DNA of 64,000 nt, from the NCBI RefSeq assembly GCF_002105155.1, contig NW_019029001.1, forward strand, positions 186,001 through 250,000, given 5' to 3'. Source of the stretch: Lobosporangium transversale (lineage: Eukaryota). How positions within the stretch are numbered: the first letter of the stretch is position 1; each line of letters opens with the position of its first letter. This document shows, piece by piece, positions 13,123 to 28,100 of this stretch. The notes below the pieces were generated by a model. That model did no database searches. It worked only from the letters and a program-made list of their open reading frames with translations, and was not told the DNA's origin. A program made the translations under genes and the position numbers.

Positions 13123-14640
13123 AATAAACAATGTTTTAGATAAAAACATTTTTCGTAGTCAACTAGACTTCGATAAGTATATAATACCTCGATTGTGCTT
13201 CGGAAAGTACGAAGTTGATCTTCAAATGATTGGCATTGATCCATGAAATATCTAGTTGTAAATAAACGAAAAAAGTGTTCGATGAAGATTCTGCGAATTT
13301 TGAAACCCTTGTATGGAAATAATCATGTATAGAATACTAGCGACCTACTGTCCTGCGGAATTATTTCCTGCGTAAAGAAAATTGGCGTGGGAGGTGTTGG
13401 CATAGGCTTCAATGATCCTGCCTGCAGAATCGGCTTGCTTGAGCTCTTTATCGATTTTATCTTGCAAGGCCTGGATTACCATGGTGTCACGTTTTAGTGC
13501 ATCATTCAATGTTACCAAGCGCTTCAGAATTCGGAGTTGTCCATGAGGTATAAGGGTTAGTCAGGCGAGCCGGTCACAAATAACCCTTTATCCTACAAAG
13601 CAAAAGAGCAGAGCATGATGGATTATGAAGCACGAACCTTGGATAACTCCTCGGTATCCTTTGAAATCTTGTCTAGTGAATCTGACGATCTCGCTGTGAG
13701 TGTGGCTGATAAATGGATTTGGCCCTGTAAAAAGGAGCTGTGGAGATTGAATGAGCCACTCGCTCTACAATTATGTATCCTGTTGTATGAACTAATAGCA
13801 TTTGGATGTAGGTTCTATGCAAGTCCTTAGCACTTACTGCAGCTGATCAAGCGTGTTCTTAGCGTCTGATGGGAGTTCCGTGTATTTCGTTGACCCTGCA
13901 ATGGTGTCTGGTGTGAGTACACTTTTAAGAATGAAGAGATGAATCATTTTTTTAAGAAAAGCCATTAATTGGAGAATTATTTTGCCATATTAATTACATT
14001 ATTGAGCAATATCATTGCTGCTTACACTGTTGTCGTCCCTCCGGTCAATGCGGATGCTGATAGAGTATTTTTATTCGCAGCATTGCTTAAAGCATTTGAG
14101 GCGGCTGTGGAGTTTGGATTGCCAAATAAGGTGCCTGAGATGGTCGATGGTCCAGAGACAAACAAGCTTGGGGTCGTAGTTGCAGAAGTGGACGCTGGTG
14201 TGGACAAGGAAGAGAAAAGTGACGTGGAAGCTGGTGCGGATGTAGCGGATGTAGCAGCTGCGGATGTGGATGTAGCGCCGAGAGAGCCAAATAGGCTTGG
14301 AGTCGATGTAACAGGCGTTGTTGAGCCAAAGAGACCAGTAGTTGATATTGCAGGAGTCGAAGTTCCGAAAGAGTTCGGGGCTGAGGAAGCAGGAGTCGTT
14401 CCGAAAAGGTTTGAGGATGAGGTTGTTGGTGCTGTGGGCCCGAAAAGATTTGGGGCTGATGTAGTAGGCGTTGTTGAGCCAAAGAGATTAGATGTTGTTG
14501 AGGCTGTTGAAACTGGAGTGGATGCGCTGGAATGATATACGTGTAAAAAAAAAAAAAAAGAATAAATGAAACATGATAACAATGACGAAACAAAATGTAC
14601 TCTGTTAAAGCAGATGAACTTGCCTTGCAAATAACGACAT
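12587..14640 (-). CDS. FG nucleoporin Nup58/Nup49 (p58/p45)-like
   Basis: N-terminal S/T-rich LFG repeats (14022-14526), then TKYTELP, coiled coils and QHEGFLAVAGKVALLHEEV...RRKFFDDDSDPF. First exon MSLFA ends in a GC donor. The exact 3' end is uncertain. Confidence 0.8.
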
Positions 14641-15517
14641 GGCGGGAATAAGGAGGATGGAGACGCGTGTGTGAATCAGGACAATGGAGGACGAAGAGCT
14701 TGTTAGTTAGCGGGGTAGAGAAAGAACGCGTTTTTCTTTTTGTGTTTATCATAAAGAACGGTGGCGCAGTGGAGAGGCAGTCAGCAAGTCAGAAAAGAAA
14801 ACTATTTGATTTGACTATTTAATTTGTCAGACGCTAGAGAAAAGAAGATTGACACTAGACCTGCACGGGATACATGGCAATCAATGGGCACATGTGGTTA
14901 TTATGTACATGTACAGGATGGCATGTACGGTAAATTGGCTGTTTCTTTAATGCAGCATGTATCCAAATGTTGTGCTGTGACGACAAAGAGTAAATTTCCA
15001 GACTGGACACATGCTTTTATGTGTGAGGAAAAAGTGTATCGTTGCAAAAAGCTCCTTTATTTTTTATTTTCGTCAGTTTCTTTTCTTTTTCTTTTGTCAT
15101 CCATCCCATCTCTTCTCCCCTAAATTCATTAAAATAAAAAAACCTTCTTTTTTATTCTTTTTTGGCTTTCTCCCATCACTGCCACTGTCATCATCATCCT
15201 TCCATCCATCACGTTCTTATCGTCTCATCCTTTTACTCCCCTCCTTCTCTTTAACTCTCTCACTCTTTCCTTCTCTTTCCTAGCAGATATATCATCTATC
15301 CTTTTTTCGATTGTGCATCCCATGTAGGTTGCAGTTCCTTGTTTAATCAGCACTTTTTTTTTGTTTTGTTGAAGAAAAAAAAATAATACTCCTTTTTCAT
15401 TACTATTCATGGCTCTTCTCATCATCCGTGACGCTAACAAAAACGTGCCCCGACTTTGTTTTTATGACCCTCTGACGTCTCTCTTATCCACAGACATCAT
15501 CTCTTTTCTCATTAAAC

Positions 15518-16743
15518 ATGACTGAAATCCGTCGAAAGCTCGTTATTGTTGGCGATGGTGCTTGTGGCAAGACCTGTCTCCTTATCGTCTTCTCAAAGGG
15601 AACCTTCCCTGAGGTATGTTGTCCAATCTAATCCTGTTCTGTTTTTCTGGCGCAGTATTGCTCTCTCTTTCTTTCTCTCTTAATTTTTTTACACACTGCT
15701 CTTTCTCTTCCGACTTATTCACTACTCAATGACTATATGTAATATATAATTGCAACATGAGCATGTCGCAGCAGCTTGGAATCATGCTGTTACAAATTGT
15801 TCATTCACATCATCAATGCTCGTCGAAAATATACTCATCCTTGAAAACAATCTCCTTGTTTCCTTGTTAGATTTATGTCCCCACTGTCTTTGAAAACTAC
15901 GTGACTGATGTCGAAGTTGATGGCAAGCATGTCGAACTTGCTCTCTGGGATACTGCTGGTATGCTTTTTTTTTAGTTTATAAAAAGTGCAAGTGAATTGA
16001 TCGAGCAATTTAGTCCTAACGATGTATTCTCCCTCACATGTGCCCTACATTCACCATTTCCACATTTTAAATAGGTCAGGAGGATTATGACCGTCTTCGT
16101 CCTCTCTCTTACCCTGACTCTCATGTGATTCTCATCTGCTTTGCCATTGACTCACCTGATTCCCTGGAAAACGTACAGGAGAAGGTATATTAATAGTGCT
16201 TAAAAGAAGTAACGATAAAAAGTGTAGTTTATCGTTATGACTGTAGTCTAATTTTATTTTTCATTTTTATCTGTAGTGGCATTCTGAGGTGCAGCACTTC
16301 TGTGGCGGGCTTCCCATTCTTCTTGTAGCCTGCAAGAAGGATCTTCGATTTGACAGGACTACTATTGAGGAGTTAGCAAAGACTAAGCAGGCTCCTGTCA
16401 CACCAGAGCGAGTATGTATCTACAAAAGGAACAAATTTGGTGTTTTAGGTGTCTGGATTAGGTGTATTGATCTGAACAAGCTTTTATTATTACATGTAAT
16501 GTTACTTTTTCGTTACATACGCACACAACTAACTCGTGTTCTGTATTTTTTATTTCGACAATGGTTCATCTTATGATTTAGGGTTTGGAGGTCGCTCGCC
16601 ATATTAAGGCTAGAGATTATCTCGAGTGTTCTGCAAAGACAGGTGAAGGTGTGCGTGAGGTGTTTGAAAGCGCAACCAGAGCATCGCTTTTGGCCAAACC
16701 CAAGGGTGGACGCTCGCGCGGTAAGACCTGCCTTGTTCTCTGA
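15518..16743 (+). CDS. RHO1: Rho1/RhoA small GTPase (5 coding exons)
   Basis: [60 protein letters not shown], and CaaX CLVL*. Confidence 0.97.
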
Positions 16744-17049
16744 AGAACACATATGCTTTGGAAATCCAGTGGATCAAATGCGGTCGTTTTCTTACTATTA
16801 CCGGACAATCATTTAAGGCAGTGAACAAAGTAATCTGTAGACATTGGAACAGTAGTTAGATAAGATGCAAAAAAAAATACACCAGTATCATCTTGTTCTA
16901 TGTATTTGTTGTTGCAATGTTGAAAAGAAAGAACTTTGAGGCTGTAGTGCAGTCACATGCACCTTTTCAGGATGGTGGCGCAACTTCACTACAAGAGTGC
17001 CTCTTTGCATGGACACATCTGTATTCCTTTCACTTCGTAACATCTCACA

Positions 17050-18947
17050 ATGGCAGCAGTCGGTGATACTACATCGGTCGTCCTAAACCAGCCTAATAAT
17101 TCGGGATTGCACATTGCCATGTATGTATTCCATTTTGGACGGCAGTAGAATGTTTTCTTCGAATGATGAAAACCTCTGACGCGTCAGCGTCAATGACCAT
17201 ATTCTAAGAAAAATAGCCGATTTTGCAGTGATTCTTGGCATCGCAGACAAGCATATGGTCTTCACTCACAATGGTGCCTATGGTCTATTTCCCATTGATG
17301 TCTTAAACCTCCTCACCACCTGCCGTGACTCGATGTAATGACAAGCGCGATTATGAACTAATAGCTTTCGGTTCTCTGGACACTTTAGACATCCATTGAC
17401 ATTGCTCAATATCTCTGACCACTATACAAGGAACGTTATACAGCGGGCAGGCAATAACAAGCCTGTGCATGGTAAACTTCAGATTCTGTTTTACTTTTTT
17501 TATTTTTATTTTTATTTTACTTTTTTTTTTTTTCCACCCTGCTATATATCAAACAAGTAAAGAATGCTCGCTCAAACTCTCGGCGGCTTTTTTATAATCT
17601 TTTGTATCATAGTCATTGGTGCATTATTGGGCATTCAGACTGGACGCGAAGTGGAGATATTCAACTCGTATGAGCTTCAGTTCACTCTACAACCAACTGG
17701 CTCAATTCGAATCCACGATGAATACTTTGTAACAAAACAAGAACAATGTAAGTAAAGTTTAATGTATCATGAATATGCGTATAACTAGCATGGATTCTCT
17801 CAACTTTCATAAAGACTTACTGAGACAAGATTTTTGGAAATAACTAGTTCGTCAAGTGTTCCCGGCCTACGATTTCCTAGGTTGGTATACCATCGGTTCT
17901 AAGCCTTCTATGATTGATATTGATGTGCTTCAACAGGTACAGTCCTCTTCAGTACGAGGCTAGAAACATGTCTTACTTTTTCCCACCTCGTATTCATGAT
18001 CAACTATCTAATACTTTCTGTATGTTAATATATTGAACTTTGATGATTTGCAAGCTTTCGGTATACAACGAAAGTCCATTATTTTTGCAGTTGGATCCCA
18101 ATGAGATCCCAACGCCCGCTCGTTCTTTACCCATCACAGTATACGAATCGCTTGTCGATATTGTTGATAACCAGCCTCAACCAATGTTTATTAAAGCATC
18201 ATACAAGGTAGAAACTGGCGAGGCTGAAAGAATTGCGGTAGATCATGTTGCTCATGCATCAACTCATCAAGAGGGTGAAAGCTCGCTTGTGGCCCATCTC
18301 TCAGGCCAAAAGAATGCGGTCAAAATGCTTGATACCCGCATCAAACTACTCCACCAATACCTCCAAGACTCTATTCAAGGTAATAGAATTTGCTTTTTCT
18401 TTTTTAAAAATAAAATAAAATAAAATAAAAATAAAAAAAGGACACAGGAATCAGCATATTAACTCTATATCACTATCATGGCACTAGGTCGTGTGCCCAA
18501 GGATCATGACTTGGAAAGACAAATCTCTAGTTTATGCAATCGTTTACCGACTATTTCAGGACAGGCTTTCGAAGAAGAGTTTATGACGGTAGAATCTTAT
18601 CCATATTTTGTTCTCAGTATCCATTGCTTTATCATCCCTATATACAAATCCTAACTGTACTTTTCTATATATAAATTGACCTCCTTAGGAGTATAATGAT
18701 GTCCTTTTGACTTCATATCTGGCTACAGTAACTAAAGGCACCTATGTGATGAGCGAGGTACCTACATCAATAGTAGCATATTTATATTATTAATACCATC
18801 TTGTTTATAACCATCAATAACTAAAACTAAATCTTATTTTTATGGTTTTGCTTTGGCTGCAACTAGATGGTGGACAAATTTAATATTGTTGCCAACACAT
18901 CAACTCACCAAAGTCACGGACGCCCCCGACGCGGAATGCTCGGCTAA
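17050..18947 (+). CDS. CSN6: COP9 signalosome subunit 6 (MPN- domain)
   Basis: HPLTLLNISDHYTR, GALLGIQTGREVEIFNSYEL, ETGEAERIAVDHVA and EYNDVLLTSYL across GT-AG exons. Confidence 0.9.
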
Positions 18948-19310
18948 TTGCTAGTGGCACTATAGCAATTTGCAACCTAGTTGATGAAAGTATGAAGACT
19001 TCCTTCTTGTTCATTTGTTCTAGAATAAACAAGCATTTAGCAAGTGGCTTTACTATTACACTATTACACAAGTAAATTTACTCCTATGAATCTTTTCCAG
19101 GTATGAGAGATTCCAAGTTTGTAACCACTCAGCAATAACTGATCTGAAACTATAAATTATCCTGGCATGTTATTCTTCAATATGCGTAGACGATTATGTA
19201 GTATGCAATATCATAAGCAAATGAAATAAAGGAATAGATGGCTTAAAAATATATTAATATTTACTCTGATTAGTATAAATGTAAAGTAGAGCCTTTTCTT
19301 TTCTTTCTTT

Positions 19311-22233
19311 TTAAGCCTTAAGAGCCTCGATAGCTTTGATCTTGAGGCCAAGGTGACGAACTTGATCAATAGAAGACCAAACATGGTCTTGTTGGATTGC
19401 ACGAGCCTTTCGTGCAGCGAGCTTCTCTCTACGAGCCTTTGTAGGCCATGCATGAGCTGTGAACTCAAAGTTCCATCGCTTGAAAATGAAGACCTTGACA
19501 AAGTCGAGAATGACAAAATAGACAAGAGAAATTCCAATGACAGCGATACCCCAAAGCCAACCAATAGCCTCACCAACGATCACGCCATATACACAAATCA
19601 GCATTGCGAAAACCTGGGTGCCCATGACAGCAATAAAGAAGATTGGTGAGGGGATATTCTCCCAAAAGTATCCAGAGAGACGTGTCGAAAAGATGACGAA
19701 GTGAGGCGCAGAGGAGATATGTAAATACATAATGGCCTCTAGCTGATGCTCAGAAACATCAAAGACATCACGTGCGATAAAGAAGTGAGCAAACGAGAGG
19801 GCAGTCAAGAGTGCACCAAGCACAATAGACAGGAAAATGAGCTGGCCTATCCTCCATTTGTCAGGATGAGCAGAGATCTTTGCATTATCAACCGAGATTA
19901 CCAACGTGGCAGCATCGTTCAAAATGCAGATTAGAATAAGTAATATTGGCCTCATCCTCCACTGGAGAGCCATGGTGATACAGAAGAAAAATATAAGGAA
20001 GTGGACTGTGGAGGTGATACGATAGAGAGCATACGATCGCATACGCTGGAAAATAGCTCGAGAGGTCAATAGCCCGTCAACGATAGTAGACAATCCAGGA
20101 GCGAGCAAGACTATGTCAGCAGCAGAACGAGCAGCATCTGTGCATCCGTGGACAGCAATACCAACGTTAGCTTTTTTGAGAGCTGGGGCATCGTTCACAC
20201 CATCACCTGTCATCCCAACGAGGATACCTCGATTCTGAAGCAATTCAACAACGCGATATTTGTGCTCAGGGATGACCTGCGCGAATCCGTCAGCACGAAT
20301 ACAATGTTCTGTGATCTCATCTTCAGATTTATCCTCATTCACCAAGTGACCAGCATCCAATATAACACGTCCCAGACCCAGACGATGCGCGACCTCCTTG
20401 GCAATAATCTGCTGGTCTCCGGTAATCATTTTAACATCTACACCCATATCGTTACAGCGGCGAATAGTCTCGCCAGAATCCGGGCGAGGGGGATCAATCA
20501 ACGAAATCATTCCAACAAGTTCATACTCCTCTAAACTGCTTCGTTTGGTGCGCGCAACACCCAGAGCACGGAGACCGCGCTTTGCAAGCGCATTAACAGC
20601 ACGGACAGCATCATCGTCACCACCAACAAGGCGAATAATAACTTGAGGAGCGCCCTTGGCGACCTTAAAAGATTCTTGAGTGTCCAAATTCAAGACAGTC
20701 GCCTGTGTCATTTTCGTCGCTGGATTGAAGGGTAGGAAAGACGTCACTTTGTATCCAGGGACATCATGCTTATGTGTACGATCTTTGAGAATATCAAGCT
20801 GATCCTCTGCAGCGGTACGGACAGCAGCTTCAATGGGGTCGTTAGCACCAGGCTCGGCCGCAAGGTAAGAGTATAGTAGGATATCTTCTGATGTGTAGTT
20901 GTTGGTCAAGTAAGGTTCGTCAAAAGTCAGCTCGTTCAGTGTCAATGTCCCAGTCTTGTCAGAACATAGAACAGAAACCGATGCCATTTCCTCCACAGCT
21001 GTCAGACGCTTGACAATGACTTTGCGAAGCGCGAGCTCCTTGGCACCCATTGCCATGGTCACAGACATGACTGTAGGAAGACCGACAGGGATGGCAGCAA
21101 TAGTGAGGACCAGGACTTGTTCGAGAACGTGTTTGAATTCACCCTCCTTAGTACCTCGATTATCGACCAAGAGGTAAATGAGAATAATTAGGACAAGGAC
21201 AACTGTGATCAAGATCAAAAAGTTGCCGATACGGTTGATAATCTTTTGGAAATGGCCTTCTTCAGTGGCTACGGCCATAAGGCCCGCTGCACGTCCAATG
21301 AAAGTATCTCCACCGGTCTTTGTCACAACCGCCATTTGCTGACCCTGCTTGACGATTGATGAAGAATACACGGTAGCGCCCTTATTCTTTGCCAAAGGCA
21401 ATGATTCTCCGGTCAAAGCAGACTGGTCAACCATCAGATCGCCCTCAGTGCTCTCGCCAGTGGCGCCAATTCCAAGAAGGCGGCCATCAGCAGGAATGAT
21501 ATCGCCAAGACGCAAAATAATCACATCGCCAGGCACAAGTTCAGAAGTATCAAGTTCAACTAGATGACCGTTACGCCAACAACGAGTTTTCAATGCTAGT
21601 GTTTGTTTGAGAGCGTCCAGAGCCGATTCTGCTTTGGCTTCCTCAACAAAACCAATAGTGGCATTGATGAACAGCAAGGCCAGAATAATGCCAAAATCAG
21701 GCCAATCCTATGTCGAATAAACAGCAAAAAAAAATAAAAATAAAAATAAAAATAAAAGGCAGGAAAAGTGAGTCAAGCCAGTTATAAAACAGTTTTAGGA
21801 TACCAACTGAGCAAGGAAAGAGACATTGTCTTCCATCCATTTCAGCGAGTACAGAAGTCGCGCTTTTAAATGACACAACGGTGAGAGGCGACAATTTTAT
21901 ACTTACACCAACAACTGCTGCACAAATACAAGCAATCTCAATCAAATAAGCAATGGCGCCTGTGAAATAACTGAGGAACTTGAGTAAAGGATGGCGCTTC
22001 TTCTCAATTAACTCATTGCGGCCAAAAGTTTCACGCCGTCGAGCAACCTCATCGTCACTTAAGCCCTGGCCGGGATCGGTATGAAGCAGTGCCTCAAGCT
22101 CAGGCGATATTTCCTCAACATGCTCATGGTGAACTTGCTCTTCAATCTCAACGTTTCCAATCTTGTCTTCTTTGCTTACAACTACTGGAGGCGCATCCTG
22201 CGTCTGAATTTCTGTTTTTTCGTTCATAGCCAT
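19311..22233 (-). CDS. PMA1: Plasma-membrane P3A H+-ATPase
   Basis: CSDKTGTLT phosphorylation motif, DQSALTGES, KGAPQ, MTGDGVNDAPALKKA. One coding intron (about 21708-21906) and a 5'UTR intron. Confidence 0.96.
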
Positions 22234-24099
22234 ACCTATTCAGGGTGTAGACGCTGAGCAATATTGGTGGTATTTCATTAGGCATTAAATTGTATATATT
22301 TTTTTATACACTTGTCACTTTCATAACATAGCACACTGAAATTTTGTGAATATGTTTTATGCATTGAGAGCGTTGATGGAACAGTCATGGGATACAGGTT
22401 TTTGATAATTCTTACATACCCCGACACGTTTAGGCTGTCTTTGATCAGGATAATGATAAAAATATGGAAAAGAAAACGGCAGTTGGTATAGAAGGGTGTG
22501 CAGGTGTTCGTAAATGGGGATGCAGAGGATCAAAAGAAGATACGCTCAGGTATTCTGTTGTTATAAATGAAGAAAGAAATAGAGAGACAATAACAACAAC
22601 AACAACAACAACATCCAGCGAATGGATGCTGACCAAGAGTGAAAGTATTTAATTTAAAAAAAGAAGAGAAAAAAAATAGTAGAAAAGATGATGGAGTTAT
22701 GGTGTGAAACGTCTGTCAGTTTAATAAATTGATGCTTTTTTTAACGCGGGTCTATCAAATGATCCGATCCGCCGCCCTTTTTGGACAGGGTTGAAGATTT
22801 GGATGCAGACGAGATTAAATTGCTCAGTCCAGCCCAACTCATGTCTTTTTTTGGGTATAACTGTATCACTGACACTGATCATGCTGATGCCATTACACAT
22901 GTTTGTTTTGTGCTCAATGACACACGCGCGCACAGGAAACAAATAAAGCGTACAAGATGGAATAAAAAAATCATGCAGTTTTCCTGATAAACAAATGTTC
23001 AGAACATGTGGTTCGTCATTACAACGGCTTTTTTTTTTTTTTTTTTTTTTTTTTTGTTTACTGTGCAACATTAGGCAATACAAATAAATGATGCAAACTT
23101 CCATTCTTTCAGAACACGGTGGAGACATTTTATCCATCAAGAATACAATAAAATTATATGGGCGAGTCGATCTTTTAAACGTAAACAAGTCTGGAGCAGA
23201 GCAATCAAGTGTTTGTGCATCGTATATATAGACTGTACAATCATATATATATATCTGTAAATGAAAATGATATCAGCAATGTCGGCCTAATGAAGGTTGT
23301 ATTATAAATTACATCGTGGTGAGGACAATCCATCAACAAGAGGATAAACTTGAAAAGACATTTTAAGCTACACTAAGATTTTTTTTATTGATGTAATGGC
23401 TGGCGGGATTAGTTGTCTTCTCTTCATTTGGTCATGACCGGATATATTTCGCAATCAAATTAGTCTCCTTGTTGCAAGCTTCTTAGAGATGTTGAAAAAA
23501 GAAGGTCTGCCACTGAATCATTCTAGACATTAAAAAAAAAAAAAAAAAAAAAATGAAAATCGAGTGTCGTGTCTGTCAGATGCGCAGCACTTGATCTACT
23601 TTACTAGCTGCCACCTTGATGTCAATAGGATTAGAAAAAAATAGCCTACATCCTGGTGGGGCATGTTTCAAAACTACATATTTATCCCTCTACTACTTCA
23701 TTCAAATCAGCAAGTTGTTAGCTCTCATGATCCTAACAATGCCTGGAGAACACTACTAATGGAGTATTTCTTTGCATCGCTATGGCTAACAGTTGTCCAA
23801 CCTTTTTCTTTTAGACGAGCAGTCATTCGACTCACTATCTTGGTACTTCCTCCAATTGACATTTGTAGTTTAAAGGCTTAACTAGGACATGTACGTAGTT
23901 CATATACAAGCAAAGCAGCTGTTAATGTTTTTAAAGTTCGAATTAGGGGAGAAAGTGGTAAGTACTATGAGGATACAAGTTGGAGTCAATGATCCATTGC
24001 CTTCGCTACAATGCGTCCATGATTAGTAAGGAGCGCGTGAAGAACAATGACAAGAGACCGTCGAAATTCTCGTTATACTGGTCAAATTCCATGGCTAGT

Positions 24100-24600
24100 C
24101 GAGCTTTCAGTGATCAAACCCGCCGAGAACAAGCCGTCTCATGCTGACATCACTGATCGTTATAAAAGCCGCACTGGCGTACGAGAAAGTGACATCGTAC
24201 ATGGCTCATAGTCCATGTGGTGTTCATAGCCATCGGTTACCATGAATGGTCGAAGAAAGCGGCAGCAAAAAGCATCCACGCTCGTAACGACAGCCATTGC
24301 CAACGCAACGAGCTCAAACACCCCTTTGTGATACGTATAGCGATATCGCTAATAACACTATAATCGCTTCTCATAACCTGCGGTTTGCAGCCAAACACAA
24401 TGCATACATCAACGTCGGAATCTTCGGGCCTGTTTCGTTGGCCAAGTGCATTAACGAGTATGTACACGAGCCAGCACAGGGCACCAATTTCTGCTGCAGC
24501 GAACAGGAGGAACTGTCAGCTCCGAAAACATCGACGTTTTATCTTCCGCAAGAGGGACTTGGTAGTAAGCATTTTTACGTGGCATTTTCTAAATGTGTAT
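24100..24600 (+). mobile_element. Degenerate Helitron Rep/helicase fragment
   Basis: One frame reads LAYEKVTSYMAHSPCGVHSHRLP*MVEESGSKKHPRS*...NNTIIASHNLRFAAKHNAYINVGIFGPVSLAKCINEYVH. This resembles the Helitron motifs MxHGPCG..PCM..GKCSKxYP and NxxVVPYNxxLxxKYNAHINVE..KYxxKY. Contains in-frame stops. Confidence 0.75.
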
Positions 24601-25100
24601 ATACCCAAGCCATCGTATAATGCTCGTTAATAATAAAAGAATTGGAGGTAAGCTCGGATTATACGCATGGGGTATCGTCTATAAGAATGTATATATCGCA
24701 GACGTATGCTTGTCTCTCCTCCAGTCTTCATTTTTTTAGCGTCTCTGCTGCTGTCTCTGCTGTCTCTGCTGTCTAAGCTGTCATTGCAATATCTGCTTCA
24801 AGTCTTCCGTTCCGGCCATCAATTTACTTCAATACGCTCGCTTGAACCCCCAGTGCTATGTTTGTTAGATGTTCTCTTTCTCCTTATATAGTGACCCTGC
24901 TGAGCTATCCACTTGAAGAGGGTGAGGGGATTTCAAAGGGTCATATCGTATTATAAGCGCAGTGATTTTCACCAGTGTTCAAAGCTTGCAAAAATAAAAA
25001 GGAAGCACCATACCAAATTGCAACGCAACGTATGAATTACTGTGGTAAATTCCAAAGCCATTTTTGTTTTAATAGTAACAAGTCATATGTACAGAGGACA

Positions 25101-28100
25101 CTACGGAGCATCCACTCCAAGCATTCGAAGTTGTTCCTTCAAGCCCGTTAGCTCTTGGTCCTGCTCTGCCAGGCAGATTAAGAGATCCTCATGCTCTCGC
25201 TCAAGTGCCTTATGCTGTTCTTGCCGACTTCGCATCTCCTCACGCAGTCCTGCAAGCGTATTCTCGTATTGCTCCTGTTCATGAGCCTATTTTTATATAT
25301 TTTTGAACAAAAAAGAGATACTTATTTGAGCAACATGTTCACGACATTGATTCAGCAGCTCACATTTAAAAGATAGACTTGTACAAAAAAAAAAAAAAAA
25401 AAAAAAAAAACCTTCTGTGCAAGAAGCTTTTTGGCCTCCTCCAGTTGTGATCTTAATTCTTCTAACTCTGCGTCTTGCGTCGACAGCTTGGTCTGTAACA
25501 AAGTCAATTTTGACTCGATCTCGGCATTATTGGGAAGTGCCAGCCCATTTTGTGTGGGTGTGTTTTCTGGAGACAGTGTGATTGACTTCTGTGTTCGTTC
25601 TACATGTGATACACACAATATCCTTATAAGCTTCAATAAGAAGGTAAAAGGAAAAAAAAATAATAATTGTCCAGAATATCTTACCAAAGGTGCGTTTCAT
25701 AAATTCAACAAATGAATAGTCAAAGTAGAGATTAGGCAACTTCCCATCGCTTTCTTCGGATGGAAGAACTATCATAAATGGCGCGACTGAATTAAAAGGT
25801 TTAGACTCGCGTACGCGAGTAATGCACGCTGCAAAATGGTCATGTCCGATACGGCTCAAGATAATGGGTTGAATAGTAGCTCGTGTGATCAATGCATCCT
25901 TCTCCCAGTTGAATTCATAGCATATCCCAAGTAGAAAGGCAGCCAAGCCCTGAACCATAGGATCTTCTTTGGATGATGGACTAATAAGCTCGATTAACTA
26001 TACAAAAATCATCCATAGTATTAGTCATAAATCTTCTGACAGCATCATTTCAGCACCAGCATTGTAATACCATGAGAGTGCAATTGCATGGTACAAAATC
26101 AAAATTTTCATTCTTACAAATTGCAAGTGTGCACCTTCCGATAAAAAGTCCTTAATGCTCTTGGGACTATCATAGCACCAAATACACAGTAATGCTAAGT
26201 AACCCAGAGCAACTCGTACATCTGCTCGTCCCTTCACAGCAACCATTAACGCGGCTGCAATGGCATGAATTAGCGACACAGGATCTTCACCTATTACCCA
26301 GTATAGACATGTAACGATAAAATATTATTAGCTTTGCCACCGAACGATACATTTAACTGAATCGTCGCTTTACATTTTAAATTTAATAGACTTACCATTT
26401 TCTTCGTCGCCAAACGTTATCGCAAGAGCGATACCCTTGGCTCGGGCATTGTTCTGCAAGATATGAGAAAATAGAACGGATGCAAACCAGCTGTTGTATG
26501 GATCCGCCACAGTTGTTTCAGCGTCATCTTGCCATCCTTGAAGAGCGCTGAGCAAAAGTGTTCCTGGTGATTGTGGTTTTTCTGAACGATAAATACTGTA
26601 TCAGATAATGTCCTAAACTTTCATATTCTGAGCCAAATGCCGTTTGTTGGTCTTTGCACTCTCGTTTACTTACCATGAGACTCTATATTTGGATTGTCTT
26701 CTGGAGGCGCATTCAGAGTTGTGGCTAGTACTAATTGTGTATCTGGATTCTCTAAAACAAAAGACTATAGCTAGGAAAGTTAATACTATAAAAAGATAAA
26801 ACGGAAACAAAAAATTGATTTTTCCACGGAAACTTAGACTTTTCAATCTACACCAACATTACCTGAAATAGACAGGTAGCTGCCGCCCTTACTGAGTACG
26901 TGCAGCCAGGATATCGTCCTACAGCAATGGCTACTACTTCAACAATAGCGGGGCAGCGTTCGCGTACTTCTAAGTGTCTATGAGCCTGGGCACCACGGTC
27001 GCCTACAGTAGAGCCTCTCCCAGATTGGAAGGAAGATCGAGATAATTGAGTTGATGATCGTGAAGGTGCTGCAAGTGAGAGTGACGCATCTCCTATGGGG
27101 ACAGGCGGTGGGTGGGCTGGAGTAATGACAGCTTTGGATAGCGCATCTTGGTTGACTTTGTTCAGCCGAATTAGCTCCGCTAGAGCGTAGAATGCACTGG
27201 CCTTCACCCTTTGAGGAGCATTTGATGCCAAAGAAAGATCGATCAAAAGCTGGAGGATCCCGCATTGAGACATGGATCTCTATTAGTAAAAAATAGTAAT
27301 ATCTTGTTCAGCTCAAGTCCACATAGCTCACTTTCTTCCTCAAAATTAGGTGATCGGGCAAAACTCTTCCTGAGTTGACATACCTGATTTGGTGCAGTGT
27401 TTGAGTGGTCAGGAACAACAAGGACGCGAATCAGCTCCAGAATCATAATCATATTGTTCCCCTTTTGGTCCGACCATTGGTCTCTCAGCGGAAGCTCATG
27501 CCTGCCGTTGCTATCCAACGTATCGTCTTCAAACAAAGATGGGATTCGCTGTATACAGCTCGTCTCACGAAAGTAATTCTATAGTATTAACCCCCCAGAT
27601 ATCAGCAGCCATACGATGTGAATAAGTGGGTATTTCCTCATCATACTATTCGATCTCCTTTTCTCATTCAGATCTTCAAAGAGTCAAAACCATATTGGAT
27701 ATATACTGGTACCTGATTTGAGACATTGTATCTAAGAAGATTCTGCACTAATTGAAGACAGTCTTGGACAATAATCCCCCCCGAGACGGCCCCCTCTTCG
27801 TCTATGATAGCCAATAGTCTCTCGAACGCGTTTTCAAAAGCAACGATCTTTTGCAAATCTGCATTCGACTCTGTCAATGATATCAACAACAGTAGCCCCT
27901 CTATGGATGAGAAGGGTATTATTAGGTTATTTTTGATTTATTACAAACAGCTAGTATTCAATATATCCAACCCGATCTTACCATTGCGAATAATCTCACG
28001 GCGATCATCCAATAGTGCAATCAGCCTTGACATGCCAATAGGTGACGTCAAGATACATTCTTGAAGTCGCGCGGCGTTATTCAGTACAAGTGTAGAAAGC

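Noticed and set aside
13969..14535. 188-aa plus-strand ORF with repeats
   Set aside because: Antisense shadow of the nucleoporin FG-repeat exon.
17153..17212. Possible C/D snoRNA in CSN6 intron 1 (ATGATGA, CTGA, palindrome CTGACGCGTCAG)
   Set aside because: The CTGA is only 6 nt from the C box and there is no terminal D box. Too short, with no recognisable guide.
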